64,000 nucleotides of DNA from Camelus ferus (taxonomy: Eukaryota): the NCBI RefSeq assembly GCF_009834535.1, contig NC_045707.1, forward strand, positions 46,006,001 to 46,070,000, in the 5' to 3' direction. The position numbers were made by a program, and so were the translations under genes. Numbering within the stretch: the first letter of the stretch is position 1; every line of letters begins with the position of its first letter. Below are positions 1 to 10,598 of the stretch, piece after piece. Under the pieces are notes generated by a model. It ran no database searches. It saw only the letters and a list, made by a program, of their open reading frames with translations, and was not told where the DNA came from.

Positions 1-390
1 CGAGCCCCCTTCCTCACACCTTGTCCTGTGAATCTCTTCCACCTGGCTGTTCCTGAGTTATATCCTTTTATTGTAAGCCAGTAATCTAGTAGGTAAAATA
101 TGTATGTGAGCTGCTCTAGCAATTAATTGAACCCAAGGATTTGGTTGCGGGAGCCCTCGATCTCTAGATAGTAGGTCAGAAACACAGGTGACAACCAGGA
201 CTTGTGATTGGCATCTGAAGTTGGGCAGTGGGGAGGAGGAAGTCCTTTGGACTGAGCCCTTACACTGTGGGATCTGATACTATCTCCAGGTAGATAGTTC
301 CAGAAATGAGTTAAATTCTAGGACACCCAGAATCCAGTCAGAGACCGGTGAGAACTGAGGAATTGATCGGTAGTGTAGAAAAAAACACAG
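1..390 (+). mobile_element. MER21-like ERVL LTR (5' part outside window)
   Basis: Recalled MER21 motifs: 'cacctggctgttcctgagttatatcc', 'gacttgtgattggcatctgaag', 'gtgggatctgatactatctccaggtagatag'. Confidence 0.7.
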
Positions 391-584
391 CAAAGACACT
401 AATCGAAGCTAAGCCCATTAGACTTTCTAGAGAAGGGGTTTGACACTTGAAAGATAAGATCACATATAGATGGGATCAGAGTTGGTACCAAACAACCCAA
501 AAACACATGCTAGCTAAAGCAAGGAGGTAGTAGAAGCTGGGAGGCCTATATTTATCCGTTATCACATGTGGCCTCTCTAATCAG

Positions 585-735
585 TTTGCCTTAAATCCCT
601 GCCCTGCTACTTCCCAGCTGTGGGATTTTAGGCAAGTTACTTAAGTTCTCCAAGCTTCTGTTAATAGGGGGGAAATTGTATCAACCTCATAAGGGTTTTG
701 TTAATTGCTTTGAACAATTCCTATCATATAGGAAG
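585..735 (+). mobile_element. MIR SINE fragment
   Basis: MIR core 'ttaaatccctgccctgctacttcccagctgtggg...ggcaagttacttaa'. Confidence 0.65.
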
Positions 736-1361
736 TTTGATTTCTGCATTTAGTTTACTTGAATATTTATGTTTGAGAAACAGTTTGATTCCCCAAGTCT
801 TCATCTTCTGGTGAAGTAATGATCCTGTATTTCACGTCTCCTGAGTGTTATGTCTGTAAACGTAATTAAGATGCTTTAAGAGAAGATTTTTGTAACTAAT
901 AAGCTTCAGTATGAAACTCAGTATCTCATCACTTATAAGAATGGAAAAGAGCTTGAAGATCATGAAAGCTATATAAGTATCAAGTTGTATCTACTTCAAA
1001 GTTTTCTTTAGACAGTTTCTCTTTAAGGCTAGGTTGACACCCATTCCATGGGTGAATTGATTTGCTCTTAAGTTCAGTCAGGTTAATCCTAACAAGGCTA
1101 TGGAAAGTGTGTCATTTCACAATTGGGTCAAGCACTCTATGTGAAATGCAGAACTAAAAGTAAGCTTATCAAAATATCTGTCTACTTTTTTCCCAAATGA
1201 GCTCAAGAATAACTGACAAGATCTCTGTGGCTAACTACCTAGGGACTCTAATTTTATAAAGGTGACTTTCAGACCTGTAAGCCTGGAATTTAAGCTTTCT
1301 GTTGTCCCTTTCTCTTTTGCTGAATTAATAGGCAATCTCAGCACACTAAATTATAAATGGT

Positions 1362-1660
1362 TTCTTTTTCATATTTTATTTATTTATTTATTTTTTTATT
1401 TTGTATTGAAGTGAAGTTGATTTACATTAGTTTCAGGTGTACAGCAAAGCGATTCAGTTATACATATACATATATGTATATATATATATATTTCATATTA
1501 CTTTCCATTATAATGTATTATAAGAAATTGAATATAGTTCCCTGTGCTATACAGTAGGTCCTTGTGGTTTATCTATTTTATGTATAGTAGTGCATATCTG
1601 TTAATCCCAAGCTTCTAATTTATTCCTCCCTCCCACTTTCCCTTTGATAACCATAGTTTT
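1362..1660 (-). mobile_element. L1 3' end, cetartiodactyl-type, 5'-truncated
   Basis: T-rich tail (ttta)n, then 'gtttcaggtgtacagcaaag...ttgaatatagttccctgtgctatacagtaggtcc'. It is the reverse-complement relative of the L1 3'UTR at 41460-41720. Confidence 0.85.
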
Positions 1661-2759
1661 AGAAACTACTTCTTTTAGTGGATAACGTTTCATAAATATC
1701 TTCTCAGTTCTAGAGAAGGCTTTGAAGGAAAGTTCCACAGGTAATTCCATCTTGCCCTAGGTTATTTTATTCTTTTTATTTTGGGTTGAAATGGGGCCCC
1801 ATTAATGGTGATAACCCACACTTTGCAGAATTTATCTCACAGCTTGAAGTTTTAGGGCCTCGAGTGCCCCCATTTAAGTCTTGTTCAGTTATTCTTGGGA
1901 TTCCCAGTGGGTGTATTGCAAACCAGTCAGTCCACTACAGTAGCAAAGGGACATTCATGGCTGCTTCTTCCCATGCTCGGACCACCTCCCCTCAGTGATA
2001 CCTGTTGCCCACTGAGCCAGTTGGGGAGGGTGCATTTCCACACCCATGCTGCTGGTGTCCATGGGGATAACACTGAGGGCCGTGCCAAGAATGCCAACTT
2101 TCAGTGATCCTTAGATGGCCAGCCTGGAGATTTCAGAGTAGTTTCCATGTTCTCTGGGAGCCTCCATGTGCCACAGCTGGACTACATCCCTCCCAGAGGA
2201 GGGAGAAGGCTCTGCCCTATGTGATACTTTATCACTTAGTCACAAATGCTGTGCTTTTTCAGGAATCAGCCTTTGTAAAACAGAGGCTTTATCGTCTGGT
2301 TGCAGCCTCTCTTGCCGCACTGCTTAGAAATGAATCCCTGGGGCTGGCCCGGCCAACCTCCCCTGTCTTCTCCCTCTTCCTGAGAAGGGAATCTTTCCTT
2401 CCTCTCATGCAAATCATCTTATGTAAATAGATGCCTTTTCTCTCAGTTCATCATTGCAGTTGTTGGAACTCTTTTGGTTTCAAATAACAGACATTAACTT
2501 GAGCCAGCAAAAGTGAATAAAGGAACTGAATTATAAAGCTCCAAGTGTCTGGAGAAATGAAATGGCAGGACTGCAGCTGGGCTTCAAGAAGAAACTAGGA
2601 GACTGAAAAGCTATCATAACTCCTTTCCTCTGGAGTTGACTGGCTTTCTCTGATCCCTATTCCACAAGGAGAAAAGCATGGCTCTGTATATGGGCTTTGC
2701 TGGGGTAGTGCAATGAACTTGCCATTTCTGAAGCGTCAGTGGTGGTGAAGTTTGGGAAT

Positions 2760-3220
2760 AGGGAAGGGGCTTGATGTAGATTTGGAATGTGGGAGAAGGT
2801 CAGATCAAGGTTGATTTTAATAAGTGGTATCTTAATCCTGAAGGCTTAATCCTGAAGGCAGTGAATGGTAGAGTCACTGAAGAGTGCAGAGTAGAGCAAA
2901 CACATTTTTATTGTAGTTAGAGCACGCTGGTGGTATTCAGAAACAGATTTAAGGGTAAGACCACAGACAAGTAGAGTAGTTAGGATGCTATTGCAATTTA
3001 TATTCTCGGGAGGCAATTCAGAAGTCCTGCTGGGAGCAAGAACAGGGAGGAGGGATGGATTGGAGAACGATTTAAGAGGTAGAAGACACAGGAGCTGGAC
3101 ATAGATTGGCTATGAGGGGAGGAAGGGAAATTCTAAAGTGACTGCCAGGTTGCTGGCCTTGAAGACTGGCTAAATGGTGATGATATTGACTGAGATGGGG
3201 AATGCAGGAGAAGGAGCAGA
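2760..3220 (-). mobile_element. L2 LINE fragment
   Basis: 'gatttaagaggtagaagac...tgactgccaggtt...tgactgagatggggaatgcaggagaagg', typical antisense L2. Confidence 0.65.
2831..2859. repeat. Perfect 14-bp tandem duplication (CTTAATCCTGAAGG x2)
   Basis: Directly visible at 2831-2844 and 2845-2858. Confidence 0.95.
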
Positions 3221-3259
3221 ACCTTGATTTCTAGAACACCCTACTAGTTCTGAAAGAGA

Positions 3260-3655
3260 ATTACATGAATTCTTTAATTTTTATCCTCAAAGTCCTATGC
3301 AACATGTATTATTATCATACACTTTTAAAGATGAAAGAACTGAGGTCCAGAGAGGTCAAATGAGTTTCCCAAAGGCACACAGCTGGTAAGCGGTGAAGGC
3401 AGGATTTCCTAGTCTAACTCTAGAACCATATACTTCAAACCATGTGCTTGCTGTGTGCTGGACACTGAAACAAATGTTATCTTACATAATCTTCTCCATG
3501 GTTATGTGAGGTGGATATTATTTTTCCAACCTAGTAGATTGGTAATTGAATCTCAGAAAGATCTGGTGATTTTCTCAAGGTTGCAGAGCTCTTAGTAGAA
3601 GAGCTGTAAGTTGAACCAACATCTTCTGCCCTTAGGGCTAGTGTTCATTCTATTA
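3260..3655 (-). mobile_element. Two adjacent MIR fragments
   Basis: 'gaactgaggtccagagaggtcaaatgagtttcccaaaggcacacagctggtaag', followed by a second degenerate copy of the same core. Confidence 0.65.
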
Positions 3656-3687
3656 AAATACACTTCTTTTCCAATGTAACTCACCAG

Positions 3688-4175
3688 TTTTAGTCAGGAT
3701 TGAATTCAGCTGCATTTTACAGATAGCCAAAATTACTAGCTGGTAAGCAAGTGTGTGTTGTAAAAGATGATCAGAAGTAGCAGTCCAGGATGGTATGGGG
3801 GCTCTAGACATTCAGGAACCCAAGATCCTTCAGGCTCCCAGTCCTACCATCACTGAGGTGTAGCCTTCATTCTCGTGGTGTAAGAGAGCTGCTGAAACTC
3901 CAGCCGTCATAACAATGTTCCAAGTGGTAGAGTAGAGGAAGGAGCGCAAATGATCCAGTTATCTTTTAAGGTTTCCAAGAAGCTGCTACATTTTATTTCT
4001 GCTTACATCTTACTGGGCAGAATTAAGTCATATGGCCATAGCTAATTGCAAAGGAGGCTGGGAAAATAGATCTTCACTAAGGGTAGCCATGTGCCCAGCT
4101 ACAAATGAAGTGTTCCTTTATTAAGGCAGAAGGACAGTGAATACTGGGGTTGGCAGACAGCAAGCTCTGCCTACC
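3688..4175 (-). mobile_element. MLT1J-like MaLR LTR
   Basis: 'ttagtcaggattgaattcagctgc...ttctgcttacatcttactgggcagaattaagtcatatggcca...aaggaggctgggaaa'. Confidence 0.65.
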
Positions 4176-4204
4176 TGCTTTTGGCATGAATCTTTGAAGG
4201 CTGC

Positions 4205-4580
4205 TGTCAGTAGCTAGCTTTGAAGGCTGCTAGCTGTCCTGGCAGAAACAGATGATACACTCAGAAGAATTTAACTGAAAAGAAATTAATGAAGAGATTA
4301 TTTTCAAAGGTTTGGGGAAGATTAAGGGAACTGTAAAGGGATGGTGAGATATCCAGAAGCTAGCCACAGAAGACAGCTGCTACCAGCCCCAGACCCAGAG
4401 GGAGAGAGAGGGGCCAGAGATTACAGACCCCAGCCTCTCCATCTTCCTGCCCTTCTATCTTCTGCAAGCACATGCGGGGTCTAACTCGAGGGTAAGGGAG
4501 CTTGGGTGATGCAGTGCCAGAGACCAGCCTTCCAGGGGCCCAGAGTGGTTAGAGGAGGGCAGAAGATGGTGTGGACAGAT
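4205..4580 (-). mobile_element. MaLR (MLT1-type) LTR fragment
   Basis: 'gtcctggcagaaacagatgatacactcag...aattaatgaagagattattttcaaagg'. Confidence 0.5.
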
Positions 4581-5198
4581 AAAGGATATTCAGCACAGTC
4601 ACCTCCACAGGTGCTACCAAGCCCTATGTCCTGCGTACCAGGGCAAGGTGGCTGGCTTTCATGGTGAGAGGATTTGCAGCAGCTGCAGTTCAAGGAGAGA
4701 CAAACTTCCAGCCAGGGTACAGGAAGGGAGAGCCCCCAGCATGGCTTGGAGATGTTGGAGGAATGCTTTGTCAGCTCAAGACTCAGTACAGGAACAAGAC
4801 CACAATCTGCCCCCTACCCTTAACCAAAGAGGGCCAGGAAAGTTACCTGCTTCTTCTCTTTACTCTGTTTTATAGCTGCTGAGCAATGTGCAAACAGTGT
4901 GCAAGAGTGAGTGTGGGTGGGTGGCTACTTGGAACCCAGATGCCTCTGTGCACCTTCTAACATCTGCATGGAGACCCAGAAGAGAAGGAAAACTGGGAAG
5001 CAAGAGAGATCTGTCTTTTCACTTTTGTCTCCTCTCTTGTTATGTATTGCCTGCTGTTGTTTCAAACATATGTTTCCTCACTCATACTTGAGCAGAAGTT
5101 AGCGTCCTACATTATCTATGTCCTTTAAAACACCTAGCACTGAGGCAGTGTGGTACATAATACTGCAGTCCAAGACTTGGGTTTAAGATCCTGCTTGG

Positions 5199-5653
5199 AA
5201 GGACCACATACAGTGGATGCTCTGTATCTGTGGTGGGTTGAATTCATGGATGCAAAGCTGCAGATACGGAGGGCCAAGTGTATTCACTGTACTCTGTCAT
5301 TTTATATAAGGGACTTGAGCACCCCTGGGTGTTGGTTTCCGTAAGGCCTTGTGAAACCAGTACCCTGTGGATACCTAGGGACAACTGCATTGTATGATTC
5401 CTTTTATAGGAAATATCTTCAACGGGCAACTCTGTAGAGACGCAAAGTGGACTAGTGGTTTCCAGGGGCTGGGAGAGTAAACAATGGGGGAATGACTCCT
5501 GAAGGGTGTGGAGGGTCTTTTTGGGGTGATGAAAAGGTTCTAATATTGATTATGGTGCTGGTTACATGGCTCTGAATATACTAAAAACCATTGAATTTTA
5601 CACTTTAAAAGGTGAGGTGTCTGGTATGTGAATTAAATGTCAGTAAATTAGTA
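5199..5653 (+). mobile_element. Old L1 (L1MB-like) 3' end with 14-bp TSD
   Basis: 'ggaccacata..ttgtatgattcc...agtggtttccaggggctggg...ggggtgatgaaaaggttct'. Flanking repeats AAGATCCTGCTTGG (5185-5198) and AAGACCCTGCTTAG (5654-5667), 12/14 identical. Confidence 0.8.
5211..5387. mobile_element. MER2/MER8-type Tigger MITE nested in the L1
   Basis: Imperfect TIRs CAGTGGATGCTCTGTATC / GATACCTAGGGACAACTG; TA on the left, CA on the right; internal 'agggacttgagcac'. Confidence 0.75.
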
Positions 5654-5979
5654 AAGACCCTGCTTAGCATTTATTTGCAGCTTTTGCATCTGTAAAATGG
5701 TCACAGTAACATCTAACCCACAGTGCTTCCTGGAGGATTGAATGAAACACTGAATGGAAAGCAGTAACCATAGTGCCTTACACACATGCTCATTAAATGC
5801 CAGCTGATTCTTATATTTTAAAAATCAAACTGGAATTAGTATAAGCTGAATGTTAAAGCGGAAAGGTTGCTTTGAAATCATTCTAGTTCTAGCCTAATTA
5901 CCACTGACAAGAGGTTGGAAGGCAGTCATGAAAGAATGAATGAGTGCATGAGTGAATTCAAGATTTTAGAATGATGGCC

Positions 5980-6013
5980 ATTTGCCACATCACTTAATTT
6001 GCCACATTACTTA
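5980..6013. repeat. 17-bp tandem duplication (16/17 identical)
   Basis: ATTTGCCACATCACTTA / ATTTGCCACATTACTTA. Confidence 0.9.
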
Positions 6014-6656
6014 ACCTGGTTTGGCCCTTTGCAAGAAGAGCAAGCAAAAAGAGCAATTACATAATTCATTTTCACGTTAGAGAACTCAGTGCCTGCTCAC
6101 TAGAGTCTAAAATAGAAATAATTTCATACAGTTTGTAATTTAAAAAATTCTATTAAAATTCCTAAGTAGATTTTTAAAAGCAGTGTAATAATTTTCTTTA
6201 ATCTTAGAAATGGTGAAAATACTATCAAAAGGACTCCAAACCACTTGCATGAGTTTTTTTCCCTAACTACATCTTTCTCTTTCTCCCCACACACACATGT
6301 GTACACACGTAATTGTAAGATGCACCATTTTTTACAACTTATCTCTGATCAGGACAAAACTTAAAATCAATGGCTTGTCCTAATTTAATTGGCAGCATGA
6401 TTTTCTTTCTTAGCTTTACATAAAATAATGGTGCATCTTAAAATGGATGGCAAATTAAAATATAGTGTACGTGTACATATATATACTTAAAAGGTGAACT
6501 AGAAAGTTGTGCTGGTTGAATACTCAGGAATCCTAGAGGGGTTATGACTGATCCAGGTATCAGAAAAACCACAGAGTTCAAGCTGTTCCACTGGGCATCG
6601 TCCTCTGCATGTAAATGGAATGTGCGTCCTTGAACCTGGGTCCCATCTGTAGGGTC

Positions 6657-6717
6657 CCAAGACTTGGGTTCAAGATCCTGCTTGGAAGGACCACATACAG
6701 TGGATGCTCCGTATCTG
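6657..6717 (+). repeat. 61-bp direct copy of 5170-5230 (59/61 identical)
   Basis: CCAAGACTTGGGTT[T/C]AAGATCCTGCTTGGAAGGACCACATACAGTGGATGCTC[T/C]GTATCTG at offset 1487. Confidence 0.95.
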
Positions 6718-7556
6718 GCCTTATTGATAGTTTTGCCAATATAATTCTGGAGAAATGATTAATTAACAGAGCTCTGATTTAGCATACCCGAATCCCTTAA
6801 GGAAGAGATACACAAACATTTAGATGCTGCATATTCTAGCGTTCAACCCTGGCAGTGTTGGATGTTTATGCGAGGCTTCTGGAGGCAACACTTCAGCTGT
6901 TAGGAGTCGCAGCAGAAGCCAGAGGATTGGATGAGGCCTCCTACCTGAATCAGCAAGCATTTCTCTAATAGCTTTGCTTATTTGTGGGGTGACGGGATTT
7001 CTGCAGCTGAGAGGCTGAGGACTTGGCGTGGTTTGAGGGTCCCTAATGAATGTGCCAAAGTCTCTGACTGGCAAACTCCATACAAAATAATAATTGTTTA
7101 GATACTGCTGAAAATAATTAATTTGGGTTTTGGAAAGCTTCCTGCTTGGTGCATTCAATTTGAAAGGCCTCCTCCTCTCAGTGTGTGCCTGCAAACACAA
7201 TCCCTGGAACGACAAAAGAGGGTGATAAAAGTGTTGTCACTACTGGCCTTCTGAACCAGTGCGGAGTTTCCATGGAAGTGGGCATCAGGGCGATGGATTT
7301 CTTTTCTTCTCTACTTGAGAGATGAAGTTTTCATTGTTTTCTGGGTGGTTTGGAGCCTTTAGAACACTGTCTCCAGACACATTTCCATTGAGAGCACGTG
7401 GGGAACCAGAGACAATGCAGGGAGACTTGTGTGTGGCTTTGCCCACGAGTCTCTTCTACCCGATCCAACCAAGCAGAACTACAAAACTCAAAACCCAGCC
7501 AGCCAGAGAAGATTTGTTCAGGATCATCAGGAGGTTGTTGTTTGTGTAAAAAAAAA

Positions 7557-7732
7557 TTTTTTTATTGCCTAGTTTTTTTGGTTTTTGTTTATGTTTTTTT
7601 TGCCGGGTGGTAATTAAGTTTATTTATTTATTTAATGGTGGTACTGGGGATTGAATCTAGGCCCTTGTGCATGCTAAGCACGCACTCTACCACTGAGCTA
7701 TCTCCCTCCCCACTGAGCTGTACCATTCCCCC
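7557..7732 (-). mobile_element. Vic-1-like tRNA-derived SINE (camelid)
   Basis: Minus strand reads GGGAGGGAGATAGCTCAGTGGTAGAGTGCGTGCTTAGCATGCACAAGGGCCTAGATTCAATCCCCAGTACCACCATTAAATAAATAAATAAACTTAATTACC plus an A-rich tail. It has A/B boxes and resembles the recalled Vic-1 consensus. Confidence 0.85.
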
Positions 7733-7854
7733 ACTGGAGGTTTGATTGCTAAGCTGGAAAAGAGTGCAGAATGTAGTCTTTTAAAAGCCTGATTCTAGTG
7801 TAGGGATGCTGAAGTGGTCAGTAGAGCTCCTATTCTGCTGACACAAGTCTCTTT

Positions 7855-8990
7855 CTGTTCACTCATTCACCAGATATTTATTGTGCACCTTCTGGGTGTA
7901 CATAGTTTTCTAGGCACTGAGGATTCAGAAAGAGCAGTCAATAAAACAGGCACAATCTCTGTGCACATGGATCTTCCCTTCTGGAGAATGGAGACAGCAA
8001 GCAAATAGATGAACTGATCACATCAGGAAGTGATAAATGGTGTGAAAAAAAATAAGGCAGGTAAAGGGAGAAGGAGTGCCCAGGTGAGGATGGCGTGTTG
8101 CTGTAGCCCCCTCTGGCAGGGGGAGATTGAGCAGTATAGAGATTTGAATGACACTAGGGAGTGAGGGCATTGTGGTGGAGTATTCTTCTTCTTCAGCAGA
8201 AAGAAGAGCATGTGCGAAGGCCCTAATGTGGAGCCAGCTCAGCATGGGCAAGGACTGGAGTGGAGGCCTCAGAGCTGAAGCCGTTGGAGCAGGGGATAGT
8301 GATGGGAGGTAAGGTCCAAGAGAGCCCAGGGAGGGCTATGAATCATGGAGGGATTTTCAGGCCATCATAAGGACTCTGACTTTCCTTTGGAGGCAGTAGA
8401 GCAGAGGAGTGAGATGATCTGAGTCATGTTTGACAAGAGTGCTCTGACTGCCGTGTGAAGACTACACCATGGCAGGAAGCAAGTGTGGAAGCAGGAAGAC
8501 CAGCTAGGAGTCTCTGCAGTGGTCCTGACGAAGGCCAGATGGCATGAACCAGGGGTGGAGATGGAGGGAGGTAGGCTGAGTCTGGATATATTTTGAAGGT
8601 AGAACCATCAGGATTGGATGAGGGATGAGCTGATGAACTGGATATCAGAGCATGAGAAAGAGACATGAAGGACTTTAGGTCTGCTCAACTGGAAGAATGG
8701 AGCTGTCATTTATTGAACTTGGGTCACTGGAGGTAAAGCCAGGGTTTGGTTTTGTTTTGTTTTTTGAGTAAAATCCCATTTGGACTTGTTAAGTCTGAGA
8801 TATGTATTAAATATTCAAGTGGAGATGTTGAGTACACAGTTGTGAGACTGAGTTCAGGAGAGAGGTCTGGGCTAGGGCCATAAATTTGGAAATCATCAGC
8901 CTATAGATTATATTAAAGGGACTGAATGAAATTATCGAGGGCAAGTGTGTAACTAGCGAAGAGGTTGAGAATAGAGTCCTGGGGCTGCTG
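7855..8990 (-). mobile_element. L2 (L2a-like) LINE, ~1.1 kb of 3' region
   Basis: Begins 'ttcactcattcaccagatatttattgtgcacc'; contains 'ggatatattttgaaggtagaacc' and 'gagttcaggagagaggtctgggctag...aatttggaaatcatcagc'. Confidence 0.85.
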
Positions 8991-9100
8991 CTAGAACACA
9001 CCCAGTACTGGTGGGTCAGCCCTGTCTTACGTTGCCCTAATGAGGGAGAGTCAGGCAGAGTCTGGGATCAGGTCTTTCCACCTTCCGGAGTGTATTGGAG

Positions 9101-9116
9101 AGGTCACAAGAGGTCA
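9101..9116 (+). promoter_or_regulatory. Perfect DR4 nuclear-receptor motif AGGTCA-caag-AGGTCA
   Basis: Exact consensus. It arises from a 10-bp tandem repeat (AGAGGTCACA x2, 9099-9118). Function unknown. Confidence 0.4.
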
Positions 9117-9349
9117 CAAGAAAGTAAGGTCCTAATCTGGTTAGCAGATGTTTGGGTGAGGTTTGTAATTAAACAAAGCATCCTATACTCTCTACCAACT
9201 GCACCAAACCTCTCCTGACACCCCCACCCCGACTCCACAGACACCATCACTGTGGAGGTAATTCTGTCTCCTCCCTAAAGAGCTACCACCTTGCCACCTG
9301 TGTACTTTCTACCTGTTGTCTTAAAATTGAGTAACTAGAGAACAGTGTC

Positions 9350-9710
9350 TTTGTACTGAGATTGGTACTTAAATCTTGGCTTTGTTACATGCTAGCTGTG
9401 TGACCTTGAGGAAGTCTCTTAACCTCTCTGAGTCTCCATTTCCTTATATACACATCTCACATTCATTTGACAATGGAATGGAATTATATATGTAAAGAGG
9501 CTACCCCTGTGTGTGACAAATAAGAGGTAATTATAATAGTAAATTATACTGTTTCATACATCTTTTTTTACTTAAATATCACAACAACCTCACGAGGCAA
9601 ACACTGTTAATATTTCTGCTTTACAGTTAAGGTTAAGTAACTTGGCCAGCTAGTAACTCAAGTAGCCTGGCTCTAGGAATTATTCATATAACCACTATGC
9701 TATACTACTT
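9350..9710. mobile_element. Two MIRs in opposite orientation
   Basis: + copy 'ctagctgtgtgaccttgaggaagtctcttaacctctctgag'; - copy 'atcacaacaacctcacgagg...ttacagttaaggttaagtaacttggcc'. Confidence 0.7.
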
Positions 9711-10410
9711 CCCGAGGCTACTTAAAATTTTTCTTCTTTCTCATTTTTAATTGTTTTGTATTGCATAGCACAAGTTTTCAATTTGCAGTTTTGTATTTTT
9801 CCTTGTTACTAAGTTGCATTCATTATCTGATCCTAAGATAATGGTCATCGCCTTTATACTAAAATAGGCAGTTTAATGCAATGGCAAGAAAGAAAAAGTC
9901 AGATTTTCTGAAAAACAAGAGATAAGGTGTTATTGCCAACCTTTTCTGTGGGAATCCCAGTCAGTGTAGCTGGGCATACAAAGCAAGCTGGAGACATGAC
10001 TTTCTCCTTGAATAGACAAGAACTGACCAAAAAAAAAAAAAAATTATGTGTTTGGAAAGCCATGAAAAGCTGAACAGTGAGTGAGGGATTTCCATTTTAG
10101 AATGTTAGGGGAAACTGGAGTCTGTTGGTGCCCTGCGTGTGTGCACATGGGCTCATATGTGCCTGTGCATGATTGGAGGTGTGTGGGTAGATGTGAATGC
10201 ATGTATGTAAAACATGTGTGTGTGTGTGTGTACATTTGGAACATACAACACTTACGTGACTACCGAAGGAGTTGGCCCAGTGGGAGTTTGGCACAAAAAA
10301 ATGGGCTGAGATTAATTTTCTGATTTATGCTTCTTCAAATCATTGAGCTGATGACACTTAGAAGGGAAAACAGTCTCCAAGGAGAAAATAAAATTATGTT
10401 TCCCATGAAA

Positions 10411-10598
10411 TAGGTCTGTCATATTTAACAAACAAAAGTACTGGACTCCTAGTTATATTTTTGAATTTTAGATAAACAGTGAATATTTTTGTAGTATAAA
10501 TATGTTCCACGCAATATTTGGGACATCCTTTACCAAAAAATTATTTATCTGAAATTCAAATCTAAACTGAACATGTTGTATTTTATCTGACAACTGTA
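10411..10598. mobile_element. MER53 hAT MITE with perfect 8-bp TSD
   Basis: CCATGAAA at 10403-10410 and 10599-10606; palindromic body ('tttgaattttagataa' / 'ttatctgaaattcaaa'); 188 bp. Confidence 0.85.

Larger units (their letters stand above)
5140..5800 (+). mobile_element. MIR split by an L1 insertion
   Basis: 5' part 'gaggcagtgtggtac...gacttgggtttaagatcctgctt' resumes after 5654 with 'catctgtaaaatgg...gaggattgaatga'. Confidence 0.7.

Noticed and set aside
7640..7712. tRNA gene
   Set aside because: tRNA-like A/B boxes, but followed by an A-rich tail with a degenerate stem: a SINE, not a tRNA.
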